From: an uncultured delta proteobacterium
GTDB lineage: Bacteria; Desulfobacterota; Binatia; UBA9968
Length of the DNA stretch: 64,000 bases
Direction: 5' to 3'
Assembly: GCA_963727625.1 (NCBI GenBank)
Contig: CAVSHR010000011.1
Coordinates: 1-64,000, forward strand
The notes below the pieces were generated by a model. That model was not told the origin of the DNA. It did not search any database and saw nothing but the letters and a program-made list of their open reading frames with translations. Both the position numbers and the translations under genes were made by a program. Numbering within the stretch: the stretch's first letter is position 1; each line of letters opens with the position of its first letter. Shown here piece by piece: positions 20,050-29,482 of this stretch.

Positions 20050-21207
20050 ATGCTAGGCACCGACATGAAAGTCGCCGAGACTCCGAAAGAGGGTCTGAAA
20101 GATTATCTTAAAGTCGATCCTTACTCGGAGTGGCTCAAGAAAGAAGGCGTGAAGGTTTACGAGGAGTATTACTTTCCCAGCCTGGCGAAAATCGAACTGG
20201 GTCCCTGGGAGCGGAAAGGCGGCAGCGGTGCGGTGGTGCACATCAACAACAACCACATGCCCAACGACTGCCATGTCGTCGAAATCAAGCCCGGCGGCAA
20301 GTCCGAGCCGGAGCACCATATGTACGAGCTGACGATCTACGTGGTGTCTGGACGCGGCGCCACGTCGATCTGGCAAGATGAAAAAAAGAAGAGCAGCTTC
20401 GAGTGGCAGGCGGGAAGCCTGTTTTCCATTCCGCTCAATGCCTGGTATCAAAACTTCAACGGCAGCGGCCAGGAGCCGGCCCGCTATATCGCGGTCACCA
20501 ATGCACCGCCGATGATGCGGCTGTACCGCGATAACAATTTCATATTCAACAATCCTTATATGTTTACCTCGCGCTACGCCGGGGAGGAGGACTACTTCAG
20601 CGGCAAGGGCAAGCTCTACACCCGACGGGTCTGGGAATCCAACTTTATCGCCAATGCGCCGGACATGCTCTTGTACGGTTGGAAGGAGCGCGGCGCCGGC
20701 GGTATCAACGCCATGCTCGAGATGGCCGACAACAACACCAAGAGCCATATTTCCGAGTTCCCCATCGGTACTTACAAAAAGGCCCACCGCCATGGCCCGG
20801 GCGCGCACCTGGTGCTGCTCAGCGGCACCGGCGGTTATTCCCTGATCTGGACCAAAGAAGATCGTTCGGACATGATCAAATGCGACTGGCAACTCGGCTC
20901 CATGGTCACCGTTCCCAACGACAACTGTTTCCACCAGCACTTCAACTCCGGCACGACTCGAGCCCGCTATCTCGCGCTGCGGCCGGGCGATATGGGGCTG
21001 TACAAAAAGGGCCGGGGTGGAGGCGGAGAAAACGCCGACCGCAGCATGAAAGAAGGCGGATGGCAGATCGAGTACGAGGATGAAGATCGGGAAATCCATC
21101 AGATCTTCGAGAAAGATCTCAAGGCCCACGGCGCCACGTGCAAGATGAAAGCGTTTGTTCCCTGGTGCACCGGAGAAGTCGGTCCCACCAGCGAGCGCGA
21201 CACTTAG
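20050..21207 (+). CDS. Bicupin protein (gentisate dioxygenase-like fold), function unknown
   Basis: Two cupin repeats: HHMYE..YVVSGRG...FEWQAGSLFSIPLNAW and YKKAHRHGPG...FHQHFN; GAGGAGG RBS precedes GTG/ATG at 20044-20050. Confidence 0.8.
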   Translation: MLGTDMKVAETPKEGLKDYLKVDPYSEWLKKEGVKVYEEYYFPSLAKIELGPWERKGGSGAVVHINNNHMPNDCHVVEIKPGGKSEPEHHMYELTIYVVSGRGATSIWQDEKKKSSFEWQAGSLFSIPLNAWYQNFNGSGQEPARYIAVTNAPPMMRLYRDNNFIFNNPYMFTSRYAGEEDYFSGKGKLYTRRVWESNFIANAPDMLLYGWKERGAGGINAMLEMADNNTKSHISEFPIGTYKKAHRHGPGAHLVLLSGTGGYSLIWTKEDRSDMIKCDWQLGSMVTVPNDNCFHQHFNSGTTRARYLALRPGDMGLYKKGRGGGGENADRSMKEGGWQIEYEDEDREIHQIFEKDLKAHGATCKMKAFVPWCTGEVGPTSERDT

Positions 21208-21231
21208 TTGATCCCAGAGGAACCCCGGATT

Positions 21232-21270
21232 CCCGGTCGCGGCTAGGCCAGCTTGCCGCGACCGGGTTTT
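21232..21270 (+). terminator. Rho-independent terminator
   Basis: CCCGGTCGCGGC ... GCCGCGACCGGG stem followed by TTTT, 25 nt after the cupin stop. Confidence 0.7.
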
Positions 21271-21518
21271 GACTTGAACTTTTGCCGATCTACCGTCCTT
21301 AACCTATTCCATCGATGACGCCGCGGTGATGAGGCGTCGAAAATGCTCAGCAGAAACAAGTTCGATGTCGTGTCGCTGCAGCTAACCCTGACCTAATCTC
21401 CGATAAACTCTCAACGGCGCTTAGAATAGCCAACTAAATTTCCCCGTGGATTGCCCGCCAACTCTTGGAGAGCGGCGCGAAATCGTATACCCTCCATCGG
21501 CTTAATAGGTTGTACGAC

Positions 21519-23402
21519 ATGGATGCAGCGCACTCATTTTTACCGCTTCTGATCGTCTTGTCGATCGCTTTTGTCGTGCCGATTTTACTGTCGCGGCTAA
21601 AGCGCTTGTCGATCCCTATCGTCGTCGGCGAAATCCTTGCCGGCGTGGTAGTTGGCCGTAGCGGCATGGCGGTGGTTCCCTCCGACGATCCGATTTTAAT
21701 CATGCTGGCCGATTTTGGCCTTGTGTTCTTAATGTTTCTGTCCGGGATGGAGATCGATTTTCGCAGTCTCCGCTCCTACGGCCCTTCGGCCGAACATCGC
21801 GACGGTCGCCGGCTCGGTGTGGTCCCGCTCGCCTTGTTAAATTTCGCGCTCACCCTCATGCTGGCCGGCGTCGCCGCCTATGTTTTGCTCTATGTCGGAT
21901 TGGCGAATAATATTTGGATTGTCGCTCTCATCTTGTCGACGACCTCGCTCGGCGTCGTCGTCCCTGTGTTGAAAGAGGCCAATCTCATTACCCAACGGCT
22001 CGGCCAGTATATATTAGTGACCTCCGTGATCGCCGACTTCGTGACCATGCTTCTGATCACCGTGGCCGTGGCGATCATTTCCCACGGATTAACTGCCGAG
22101 ATTTTGCTGATCGCCGTGCTCTTCGTAGCCTTTTTTTTGATGTATCACTTTGGCGCGATCTTCAACAAAGTCTCGGCGCTGCGGCGCACCATCGAAGAGC
22201 TGAGTCACGCGACCGCGCAGATCAAGGTGCGCGCGGCATTTACCGTTATGCTCGCCTTCGTCGCGCTGGCCGAAACGCTCGGCTCGGAAGTGATTCTTGG
22301 CGCGTTCCTGGCCGGCGCGATCATCGGTCTGTTGCGCACGGCAGACGACGCCGACCTTTCCCATCAGCTGGAATCGATCGGTTACGGTTTTTTCATTCCG
22401 ATTTTTTTCGTCAAAGTCGGTGTTGAGCTCAATCTACCAGTGCTCTTGGCGTCTCCGGGGGCGCTGCTATTGGTGCCTTTTCTCCTATTGGGCGCAGTCA
22501 TAGTGAAGGTCATTCCGGCGCTAACCTTCATGGTTAATTTTTCCCTCCGGGAATCCCTGGCGGCCGGTGCCTTGCTGTCGGCGCGTTTATCACTGATCAT
22601 CGCGGCGGCAGCCATCGGTAAGCGCCTCGGCGTCATCAGCGAATCAGTGAACGCGGCAATTATTCTGGTCGCGGTCGTCACGGTCACGGCGGCGCCGTTG
22701 ATCTTTGTCCGATTGATGCCAGGGGCCCGGCGCACCCAGCTTCGCCGTATTGTCGTTGCCGGCGCGGAGGAGTTGGGCATGCATGTGGCAAGGAGACTCA
22801 AGGCTCATCTCGAACTGGTGACGATTGTGGACACGGATTCGGAGCGTGTCGAGCGAGCCGTGCGCGGCGGCTTCGATGCCTCGCGCTGTTCCTTCGAGGC
22901 TCAGGACGATCAACTCAAGAGCGCTTGCGAATCCGCCCGCGCGTTGGTTTGCACCTACGACGATCCGGAATTGACCTATCACGTATGCGCAATAGCAAAG
23001 AACGTTTACAAAGTTCCCCATGTCGTGGCGCAAATGAGCGATCCGAGCGCACGGGGCCGCTTTGACGCGCTCGGGGTCACGACGATGAACGCTGCCTTGG
23101 ATCGCCCGTCGCTGCTGGCGCTGCTCGTGCGCGCGCCGGCGCTCTACACGCTGCTCGCGCGCACCGACGACGATAAGGAAGTATGCGAAGTCGTGGTGAC
23201 GAATTATCGAGATGTGGACAAACCGTTGCGGCAATTGGATCTTCCCGGCGGATTATTGGCGCTGGCGATCCGGCGCGAAGGCGAGTTGCTGGTGCCGCAT
23301 GGCAACACCCGGCTCTGCCGCAACGATCGGCTGACCTTGGTGGGTTCCATTGAAGACATCGAGCTGGCCAAGCAACGGTTCGCCGGACGCGAAACGGCGT
23401 AG
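21519..23402 (+). CDS. CPA2 monovalent cation:proton antiporter with TrkA-N and TrkA-C (RCK) domains
   Basis: IPIVVGEILAG, LMFLSGMEIDF, LGAFLAG, GFFIPIFF; C-terminal IVVAGA, AIRREGELLVPHGNTRL. Confidence 0.9.
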   Translation: MDAAHSFLPLLIVLSIAFVVPILLSRLKRLSIPIVVGEILAGVVVGRSGMAVVPSDDPILIMLADFGLVFLMFLSGMEIDFRSLRSYGPSAEHRDGRRLGVVPLALLNFALTLMLAGVAAYVLLYVGLANNIWIVALILSTTSLGVVVPVLKEANLITQRLGQYILVTSVIADFVTMLLITVAVAIISHGLTAEILLIAVLFVAFFLMYHFGAIFNKVSALRRTIEELSHATAQIKVRAAFTVMLAFVALAETLGSEVILGAFLAGAIIGLLRTADDADLSHQLESIGYGFFIPIFFVKVGVELNLPVLLASPGALLLVPFLLLGAVIVKVIPALTFMVNFSLRESLAAGALLSARLSLIIAAAAIGKRLGVISESVNAAIILVAVVTVTAAPLIFVRLMPGARRTQLRRIVVAGAEELGMHVARRLKAHLELVTIVDTDSERVERAVRGGFDASRCSFEAQDDQLKSACESARALVCTYDDPELTYHVCAIAKNVYKVPHVVAQMSDPSARGRFDALGVTTMNAALDRPSLLALLVRAPALYTLLARTDDDKEVCEVVVTNYRDVDKPLRQLDLPGGLLALAIRREGELLVPHGNTRLCRNDRLTLVGSIEDIELAKQRFAGRETA

Positions 23403-23558
23403 GGGTAAGTAAGCAGGGCGCAGCCAACTCTAGGTCGCTGGAGCAGGTCGGATCGCTGGCAGGGATTGCATGACTGCCGCGGTCACTTGAGTCGGAGTGA
23501 GATCGGCCACTTCCTGCGGCAACGGCGAAATCGAGGGCTTGATCACGTGAACAGGCGA

Positions 23559-23582
23559 CCCCGCGCCCATTGGGGCGCGGGG
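23559..23582 (-). terminator. GC-rich hairpin between convergent genes
   Basis: CCCCGCGCCC-ATTG-GGGCGCGGGG, 8 nt after the ThDP enzyme stop; weak U-tract. Confidence 0.5.
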
Positions 23583-23590
23583 ATTAAATA

Positions 23591-25363
23591 TCAACCGTGA
23601 TTTCTTCTGTCGCAGACGGCGTCGACGAGCGCCGGTTTGCCTTTTTTGACTTGCTCGATGGCACGTTTGATCGCCGGACCGAGGTCGTCGCCGTTTTCGA
23701 TCGGGCCTTCGGCGTACCACCCCATGGATTTCGCCAAGCCGGCGAAGTCGGGGTCAGGGCCGTAGAGGTCCATGCCGATATGGGCGCGGTTGGGATCGGT
23801 GCCGCGGGTGCGCGCGAGCACGAGCTGGTGGTTCCAGTCGTTGTAGTAGGCGCGGTTGTTGAACATGACGACGAGCATCGGAATCTGATACTTCGCCGCG
23901 ATCCATAGCGCGCCGGCATCGAACATCAGATCGCCGTCGGGCTGCAGGTCGACGACCAGGCGGCCGGTGCCTTTGTTGGCCAGCGCGGCCCCCAACGAGA
24001 GACCGATTTGCGTGCCGGTACCGAGCTCGCGGCCGGCGTGGCAGTAGGGCCGATCGAAATTCCAAAGCTTCTTGCCCCACGAGCCCAGGTCGCCGGTGGT
24101 GAGCACCCAGTCTTCGCCCTTGATTTGGTTCCATACTTCGAGGGCGAGGCGCGGCACGCTCATCGGTTTTTGATCCCAGTGCTCCTGGGCCTGCTTGCTC
24201 CACTTGGCGCGATTCTCGGCATGGCGTTTGCCGATCTCCTCGGCGCGCTTGGCGATTTTTTCCCGCAGGCCGGGTGTCTTGGCGATGCGTTCTTTGAGCA
24301 GCGCGGTCAGTCGCGGCGCGGTGGTCACCGGGTCCGCCGTCATGCGCTGCTGCGCATAATAGGGCCGGGCGTAATCCATCGACCATTTGCTGATCTCGAT
24401 GTCGGTGAAGCCGATGTCGATCCAGGTCGCGTTCGGCTGCACTTTGCTGACCACGGTGCGCGTGGCGATGTCGCGCACATGGCTCGGCTTTTCGAAGTCG
24501 GCGATGTCGAGCGTGAGCACGACGTCGACGTCCTGGTAGCAGCCGTCCGGGTCCATGGTCAGGTTGAGCGGATGGTCGGTGGGGAAATTCAACCGCGAGC
24601 CCACGTCCCACACCGACGCGCCGAGGGTTTCCGCCAGCTCGACGACGTGATTCCAACCATGGGGCGGGCGCGCGGCGAAGTCGGCGATGATCGCGACGCG
24701 CTTGGCGCCGGCGAGAGTATCAGCAGCCTTTTCCAGCGCGATCGGATCGGCGGCGGGGGCCGTGGGCACGGTGGCCGCGCCGGGCGGCGGCATCTCGACG
24801 TCGTGATCGAGCTGGGCTTCCTGCAAGCCGGCGTCGTAGCACATATAGATCGGTCCCTGGCGCGCGCTCATCATCACCGAATAGGCGCGCGCAAAGGCGC
24901 CGGGCACGCCGTCGACCGTCGACGGTTGATAGTCCCACTTGACGAAATTGCGGATCGCCTCGCCCTGCACGTTGGCGGTGTGAATCCAGTCGATGAAAGG
25001 CCGGCGCTTGGGCTCCGCCAGCGGGCCTGTGGCACCCATGATAAAAACCGGCGCGCGGTCGAGGTAGGCGTAATAGACGCCCATGGGCGCGTGCAGCAGT
25101 CCGACCAGGTTATGCACGATCGAGATCATCGGCTTGCCCTTGACGCGGGCGTAGCCATGGGCGATCTGCACGGCGATCTTTTCATGCTGGCAGAGCAGCA
25201 TGGGCGGTTTGTTCTCGCCGTAATTGACCAGAGAGTCGTGCAGCCCCCGGTAGCTCGCGCCGGGATTGAGCGCGATGTACTCGAACTCGTAACGCTTGAT
25301 CATGTCGACGATGACGTCGGATTGCCAGCGCCGGTCGGATTTCTTGATTGTCGAATCTGCCAT
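23591..25363 (-). CDS. Thiamine diphosphate-dependent enzyme (ALS/benzoylformate decarboxylase superfamily), copy 2
   Basis: NPGASYRGLHDS, HEKIAVQIAHGY, QPDGDLMF...VMFNNRAY; start MADSTI with RBS AAGGAGG. Confidence 0.92.
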   Translation of the reverse strand: MADSTIKKSDRRWQSDVIVDMIKRYEFEYIALNPGASYRGLHDSLVNYGENKPPMLLCQHEKIAVQIAHGYARVKGKPMISIVHNLVGLLHAPMGVYYAYLDRAPVFIMGATGPLAEPKRRPFIDWIHTANVQGEAIRNFVKWDYQPSTVDGVPGAFARAYSVMMSARQGPIYMCYDAGLQEAQLDHDVEMPPPGAATVPTAPAADPIALEKAADTLAGAKRVAIIADFAARPPHGWNHVVELAETLGASVWDVGSRLNFPTDHPLNLTMDPDGCYQDVDVVLTLDIADFEKPSHVRDIATRTVVSKVQPNATWIDIGFTDIEISKWSMDYARPYYAQQRMTADPVTTAPRLTALLKERIAKTPGLREKIAKRAEEIGKRHAENRAKWSKQAQEHWDQKPMSVPRLALEVWNQIKGEDWVLTTGDLGSWGKKLWNFDRPYCHAGRELGTGTQIGLSLGAALANKGTGRLVVDLQPDGDLMFDAGALWIAAKYQIPMLVVMFNNRAYYNDWNHQLVLARTRGTDPNRAHIGMDLYGPDPDFAGLAKSMGWYAEGPIENGDDLGPAIKRAIEQVKKGKPALVDAVCDRRNHG

Positions 25364-25395
25364 GCAGAATTCCTCCTTAATGTTTTCGATCATAG

Positions 25396-25423
25396 GTGGG
25401 GGCGATTCATGAATCGCCCCCAC
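25396..25423. repeat. Perfect 28-bp REP-like palindrome
   Basis: GTGGGGGCGATTCATGAATCGCCCCCAC between the two ThDP genes. Confidence 0.85.
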
Positions 25424-25428
25424 AATTT

Positions 25429-27198
25429 CTATGCGTTTTCGCCGCGGCGCCAGACCACCGCGTCGACCAGCGCCGGCTTGCCGGCTTTGACCTGAGCGAT
25501 CGCGCGCTTTACTGTCGGACCGACTTCGGCCGGGTCTTCGATCGGTCCTTCGGCCCACCAGCCCATTCCCTTGGCGATATGCGCGAAGTCGGGCGGCGGA
25601 CCTTCGAGGTCCATGCCAATATAGGCGCGCGCCGGATCGGTGCCGCGCTGGTGCGCCATGTGAATCTGATGCGCCCAGTCGTTGTAATAGGCGCGGTTGT
25701 TGTACATCACGATCAGCATCGGGATCTGGTACTTGATCGGCATCCACAGCGCGCCGAGGTCGAACATCAGATCGCCGTCGGGCTGGAGATCGATGACGAG
25801 CTTGCCCGAGCCCTTGTGCGCCAGAGCGACGCCGATGGACATGCCGATCTGGGTGCCGGTGCCGAGCTCGCGGCCGACATGGCGATAGGATTTATCGAAG
25901 TCCCAAACCTTGTGCACCCATTCCTTTAGAGTGTTCGCTGTAAGCACCCAGTCTTCGCCTTGGATCACCTGCCAGAGCTCGTGGGCCAGGCGGGACTCGG
26001 TCATCGGCCGCTGGTTCCATTCTTCTTTGATTTGATCCTGCCATTTTTGCCATTGGCGCGCGTGGCGATCGCCGATCGCTTTTTTGCGCTCGGTGATTTT
26101 ACCGCTGAGCGATTTGTTGCCGTCGATGCGTTTCTGGCAAGCGGCGGTAAGCGCCGGCAGCGACAGCGCGCTGTCGCCGAGAACGCGCAGGTCCCAGTTG
26201 TGATGTTTGTTGTAGTCTGTCGCCCACTTGCTGATCTCGATATCGGCGAAGCCGACGTCGATCCATTTGCAGTCCGGCGCCGTGACCACGCTGATCTCGC
26301 GCGTCTGCGTGTTGAGCTTGTGCGAGCCGCGCGTCCAGTCGACGACGTCCAGCGCCGCGACCACATCGACGCCTTTGAAGGCGTCGCCATGAAAACTTAC
26401 ACTGAGTGGGTGGCGGTTGGGAAAGCCGAGCCGCTTGTTGATATCGAACACCGAGGCGCCGGTGGTTTCGGCCAATTCCACGGTCGAGTCAAAGCCGATG
26501 GGCATGCGCGCGGCGTATTCGGTCAGCAATAACGGATTCTCCGCGGCCATGAGCATGTCCGCGGCTTCTTCGACGACGGCCGGTTCCGGCGCCACGCGCG
26601 ATGGCACCTTGACCTTGTAATTGGGCAGCGCCATCTCCTCTTTCATGGGACTTTCCTGCATGGCCGAATCGTAAACCATATAGATCGGGCCCTGGGGCTC
26701 GCTCATCATGATCGAATAGGCGCGCGCAAAAGAATCCGGCACACCGTGAATGCTGCCGGGCTGGTAGTCCCATTTGGTAAAGCCGCGGACGACATCGCCC
26801 TGGGCGAAGGCGGTGTGAATCCAGTCGATGAACGGGCGGCGCAGTTTCTCGTCCATCGGTCCGGTGGCGCCGACGATGAACACCGGGCAGCGGTCGATAT
26901 AGGCGTAGTAAATTCCCATCGGCGCATGGAGCAGGCCGACGACGTTGTGGACGATGGCCATCATCGGCTTGCCGGTTGCCTTGGCGTAGCCGTGGGCGAT
27001 CTGCACGGCGATCTTCTCATGATTGCAGAGCAGCATCGGCGGCTGGTTCTCGCCGTAGTTGACCAGCGAGTCGTGCAGGCCGCGGTAGCTCGCGCCGGGA
27101 TTGAGCGCGATATAGGGAAACTCGTACTGCTTGATCAGATCGACGATGACGTCGGACTGCCAGCGCTGGGCGGATTTTTTAATTTCGAGGTCTGCCAT
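25429..27198 (-). CDS. Thiamine diphosphate-dependent enzyme, copy 1
   Basis: Same motifs as the 23591-25363 paralogue; RBS AAGGAG. Confidence 0.92.
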   Translation of the reverse strand: MADLEIKKSAQRWQSDVIVDLIKQYEFPYIALNPGASYRGLHDSLVNYGENQPPMLLCNHEKIAVQIAHGYAKATGKPMMAIVHNVVGLLHAPMGIYYAYIDRCPVFIVGATGPMDEKLRRPFIDWIHTAFAQGDVVRGFTKWDYQPGSIHGVPDSFARAYSIMMSEPQGPIYMVYDSAMQESPMKEEMALPNYKVKVPSRVAPEPAVVEEAADMLMAAENPLLLTEYAARMPIGFDSTVELAETTGASVFDINKRLGFPNRHPLSVSFHGDAFKGVDVVAALDVVDWTRGSHKLNTQTREISVVTAPDCKWIDVGFADIEISKWATDYNKHHNWDLRVLGDSALSLPALTAACQKRIDGNKSLSGKITERKKAIGDRHARQWQKWQDQIKEEWNQRPMTESRLAHELWQVIQGEDWVLTANTLKEWVHKVWDFDKSYRHVGRELGTGTQIGMSIGVALAHKGSGKLVIDLQPDGDLMFDLGALWMPIKYQIPMLIVMYNNRAYYNDWAHQIHMAHQRGTDPARAYIGMDLEGPPPDFAHIAKGMGWWAEGPIEDPAEVGPTVKRAIAQVKAGKPALVDAVVWRRGENA

Positions 27199-27557
27199 GC
27201 GGATCTCCTTCTAGTCAAAAGGCGTGTTTATTACATTTGGGGCAGTTTTGTTGACCCTCTTTGTTATCTGGGAAATCGTAAGCTCGCAAGGGCTTTCTTT
27301 GGCTAATTCAAATGACGATTGTGGCCCGCCAGTCGGGTCGCTGCATTTTTTTACTATGAAACCATCGCGCTCGCGACAATATTCCATGCCTTGGGTGGAA
27401 GCATTTGCTATAATGACGAACGGAATGAATAGCTCTGATGATTCTCCGGTGTCCCCGCGGTGTCGAGCCGAATGGCGCTTGCGGCATTTTTTCGCCGATA
27501 TCAAATTCCGATAGTACGGCAACGCTAGTATTCATCATCCAACCGTGAGCGGATTCA

Positions 27558-29156
27558 ATGGACGATTTTTCCGGCAAGCATAGCGACACGGCTACGGCGC
27601 GCTCATCGAGTTTTACGAGATTTTGCGTTCTGGTCACCGGATCAGTGCTGTGCGGGGTATGCATCCTTATCCTCGCGACGCGGTGGGGCATTGGCCTCTA
27701 CACGGATTCAATCGTCTACATTGGAACCGCTCGTAATATTTTCAATGGTGACGGCGTGCGCTTTTTGAACGATGTTGGCGAACTTGCGCCCGTAACGCAA
27801 TATCCTCCGCTGTATCCATGGATGATCGCGGCGTTAGGGGTACTCGGATTGGACCCCTTGGACGGCGCGCGTTGGATCAGTGTTTTATTTTACGCCGGCA
27901 ACGCATTTCTTGCGGCAGGCATAGTTTTTCGCGTCACGTCGTCGTATGCGGCGTCCTGGTCGGCGTGCTTTCTCACGCTCAGCGCTTTTCCGATGGTTTA
28001 CATCCATTCGCAGGCACTCACCGAGCCCGTGTTCATTTTTTTTATTCTGTTGGGGTTTTTCGGGATAGTGAAGTTTCTGGAGGGCTCGCGAACCTGGGCG
28101 CTCTATGGCTCTTCGCTGATCATCGGCTTGAGCTGCCTGGTTCGTTACGTCGGCATGGCGTTCTTGCCCACCGGGGCCGCCATGATCCTATGCCTGGGCA
28201 CCGCGCGCTGGGCGCAACGTATGTCTGCTGCCGCTAAGTTCCTGGCTTTAGGCTCGCTGCCGTTGGGGCTCTGGCTGATGAGGAATTTCTACGCAGCGGG
28301 AAACCCAGTCAACCGAACTTTTGGAATTCATCCTCCAGCAGCGACGGACTTGCTTCCGGCATTGGATACAGCCGGATATTGGCTGTTGCCAATCGCCATC
28401 GTTGAAAATACACCATGGTTGTCGCGATCGATCATGGGTATCTTGTTTGTTCTAATTCTATGGCTGGCGGTCAGTAAGAATTATCTCAAGTCGCGCTATC
28501 TCCAAGCGCAGGTATTTTGTCTCATGGGTTATACTCTGTTCCTGCTTGTCTCCATGTCGTTCAACGATCAACCGCTCTATTTCGACACTCGAACGCTGGC
28601 CTTGCCGTACATGGCCGCGATGATTCTGACGCTGTCGATCGTAACCGATTGGCTTCGATCCGCGAGGACGGGAAAACGATGCTCGCGCGGGTTCGCGGTT
28701 AACTTATCGATTATTGTTGTTCTCGTCGCCCAAATGATCAATGGCATAACTTGGCTGAAGCAAAGCTACGTCGACGGTATCGGATTTGCCACCCAACGCT
28801 GGCGGACTTCCGAGCTGATTGGGTTCGTAAAGAATTCTCCGGCGCCGTTGTTGGTTTATAGCAATGCTCCGGATTATATTTTTACGCTGACCGGTAGACC
28901 GGCCGCCATGATTCCGCGAAAGGTGAATCCTGACAACTATCAACCCAATGATCGCTATGGCGCCGAGATCGATACCATGCGCGAGCACCTCGATAAACAC
29001 AATGCCGTACTGTTATATTTTAGCGGTGGAAGCCGGTTGTGGTATCTACCGTCAGCAAGCGAGCTGGAAACGAGGCTGCCTTTGGAGATGGTCCAATCTT
29101 TTTCCGATGGGAAAATTTATCGTCTGAAGTCCGATCCAACTTTAGCGCAACCTTAA
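27558..29156 (+). CDS. Integral membrane GT-C-fold glycosyltransferase (ArnT/PMT-like)
   Basis: DSIVY after TM1, YPPLYP, LTEPVF, LVRYVG, many TM helices, soluble C-terminal domain. Confidence 0.75.
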   Translation: MDDFSGKHSDTATARSSSFTRFCVLVTGSVLCGVCILILATRWGIGLYTDSIVYIGTARNIFNGDGVRFLNDVGELAPVTQYPPLYPWMIAALGVLGLDPLDGARWISVLFYAGNAFLAAGIVFRVTSSYAASWSACFLTLSAFPMVYIHSQALTEPVFIFFILLGFFGIVKFLEGSRTWALYGSSLIIGLSCLVRYVGMAFLPTGAAMILCLGTARWAQRMSAAAKFLALGSLPLGLWLMRNFYAAGNPVNRTFGIHPPAATDLLPALDTAGYWLLPIAIVENTPWLSRSIMGILFVLILWLAVSKNYLKSRYLQAQVFCLMGYTLFLLVSMSFNDQPLYFDTRTLALPYMAAMILTLSIVTDWLRSARTGKRCSRGFAVNLSIIVVLVAQMINGITWLKQSYVDGIGFATQRWRTSELIGFVKNSPAPLLVYSNAPDYIFTLTGRPAAMIPRKVNPDNYQPNDRYGAEIDTMREHLDKHNAVLLYFSGGSRLWYLPSASELETRLPLEMVQSFSDGKIYRLKSDPTLAQP

Positions 29157-29482
29157 GTTTATGATTATTTTAGACAAACCCGGACGCTTAAGCGCCAGCC
29201 AGCTTGCGCGCGTCCGCGAGCCGCTTGGCGGCTCGATGGCACGCCGTTGGCCTAGTGAATAACAAATTTACACGTTCAAATATGCCTGGGGAACGCGCTC
29301 ATCGTTCAACAGTTCGCGGCCGGCGCCTGATATGACGATGCGGCCATTTCTCAGTACATAGCGCGCTGTGAGATTTTGCTTTTGCGTGTCATATTCTCAC
29401 GGTCAGGGACGGTGTCAATCGGTGCGTTCCTTAATTACATACGTGAGGGCTAGGAGCCCAGCCCGAAACCCAAGGGCAGGCG

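Noticed and set aside
24008-25495. Long antisense ORFs (495 aa here; also 2953-3927, 20053-21129, 51400-52770, 54061-55005)
   Set aside because: Shadow frames opposite well-supported genes in GC-rich DNA; no recognisable motifs
25364-25747. 128-aa N-terminal extension of the 718-aa ORF
   Set aside because: Overlaps the upstream paralogue in another frame and crosses the palindrome; RBS and paralogue alignment place the start at 25363
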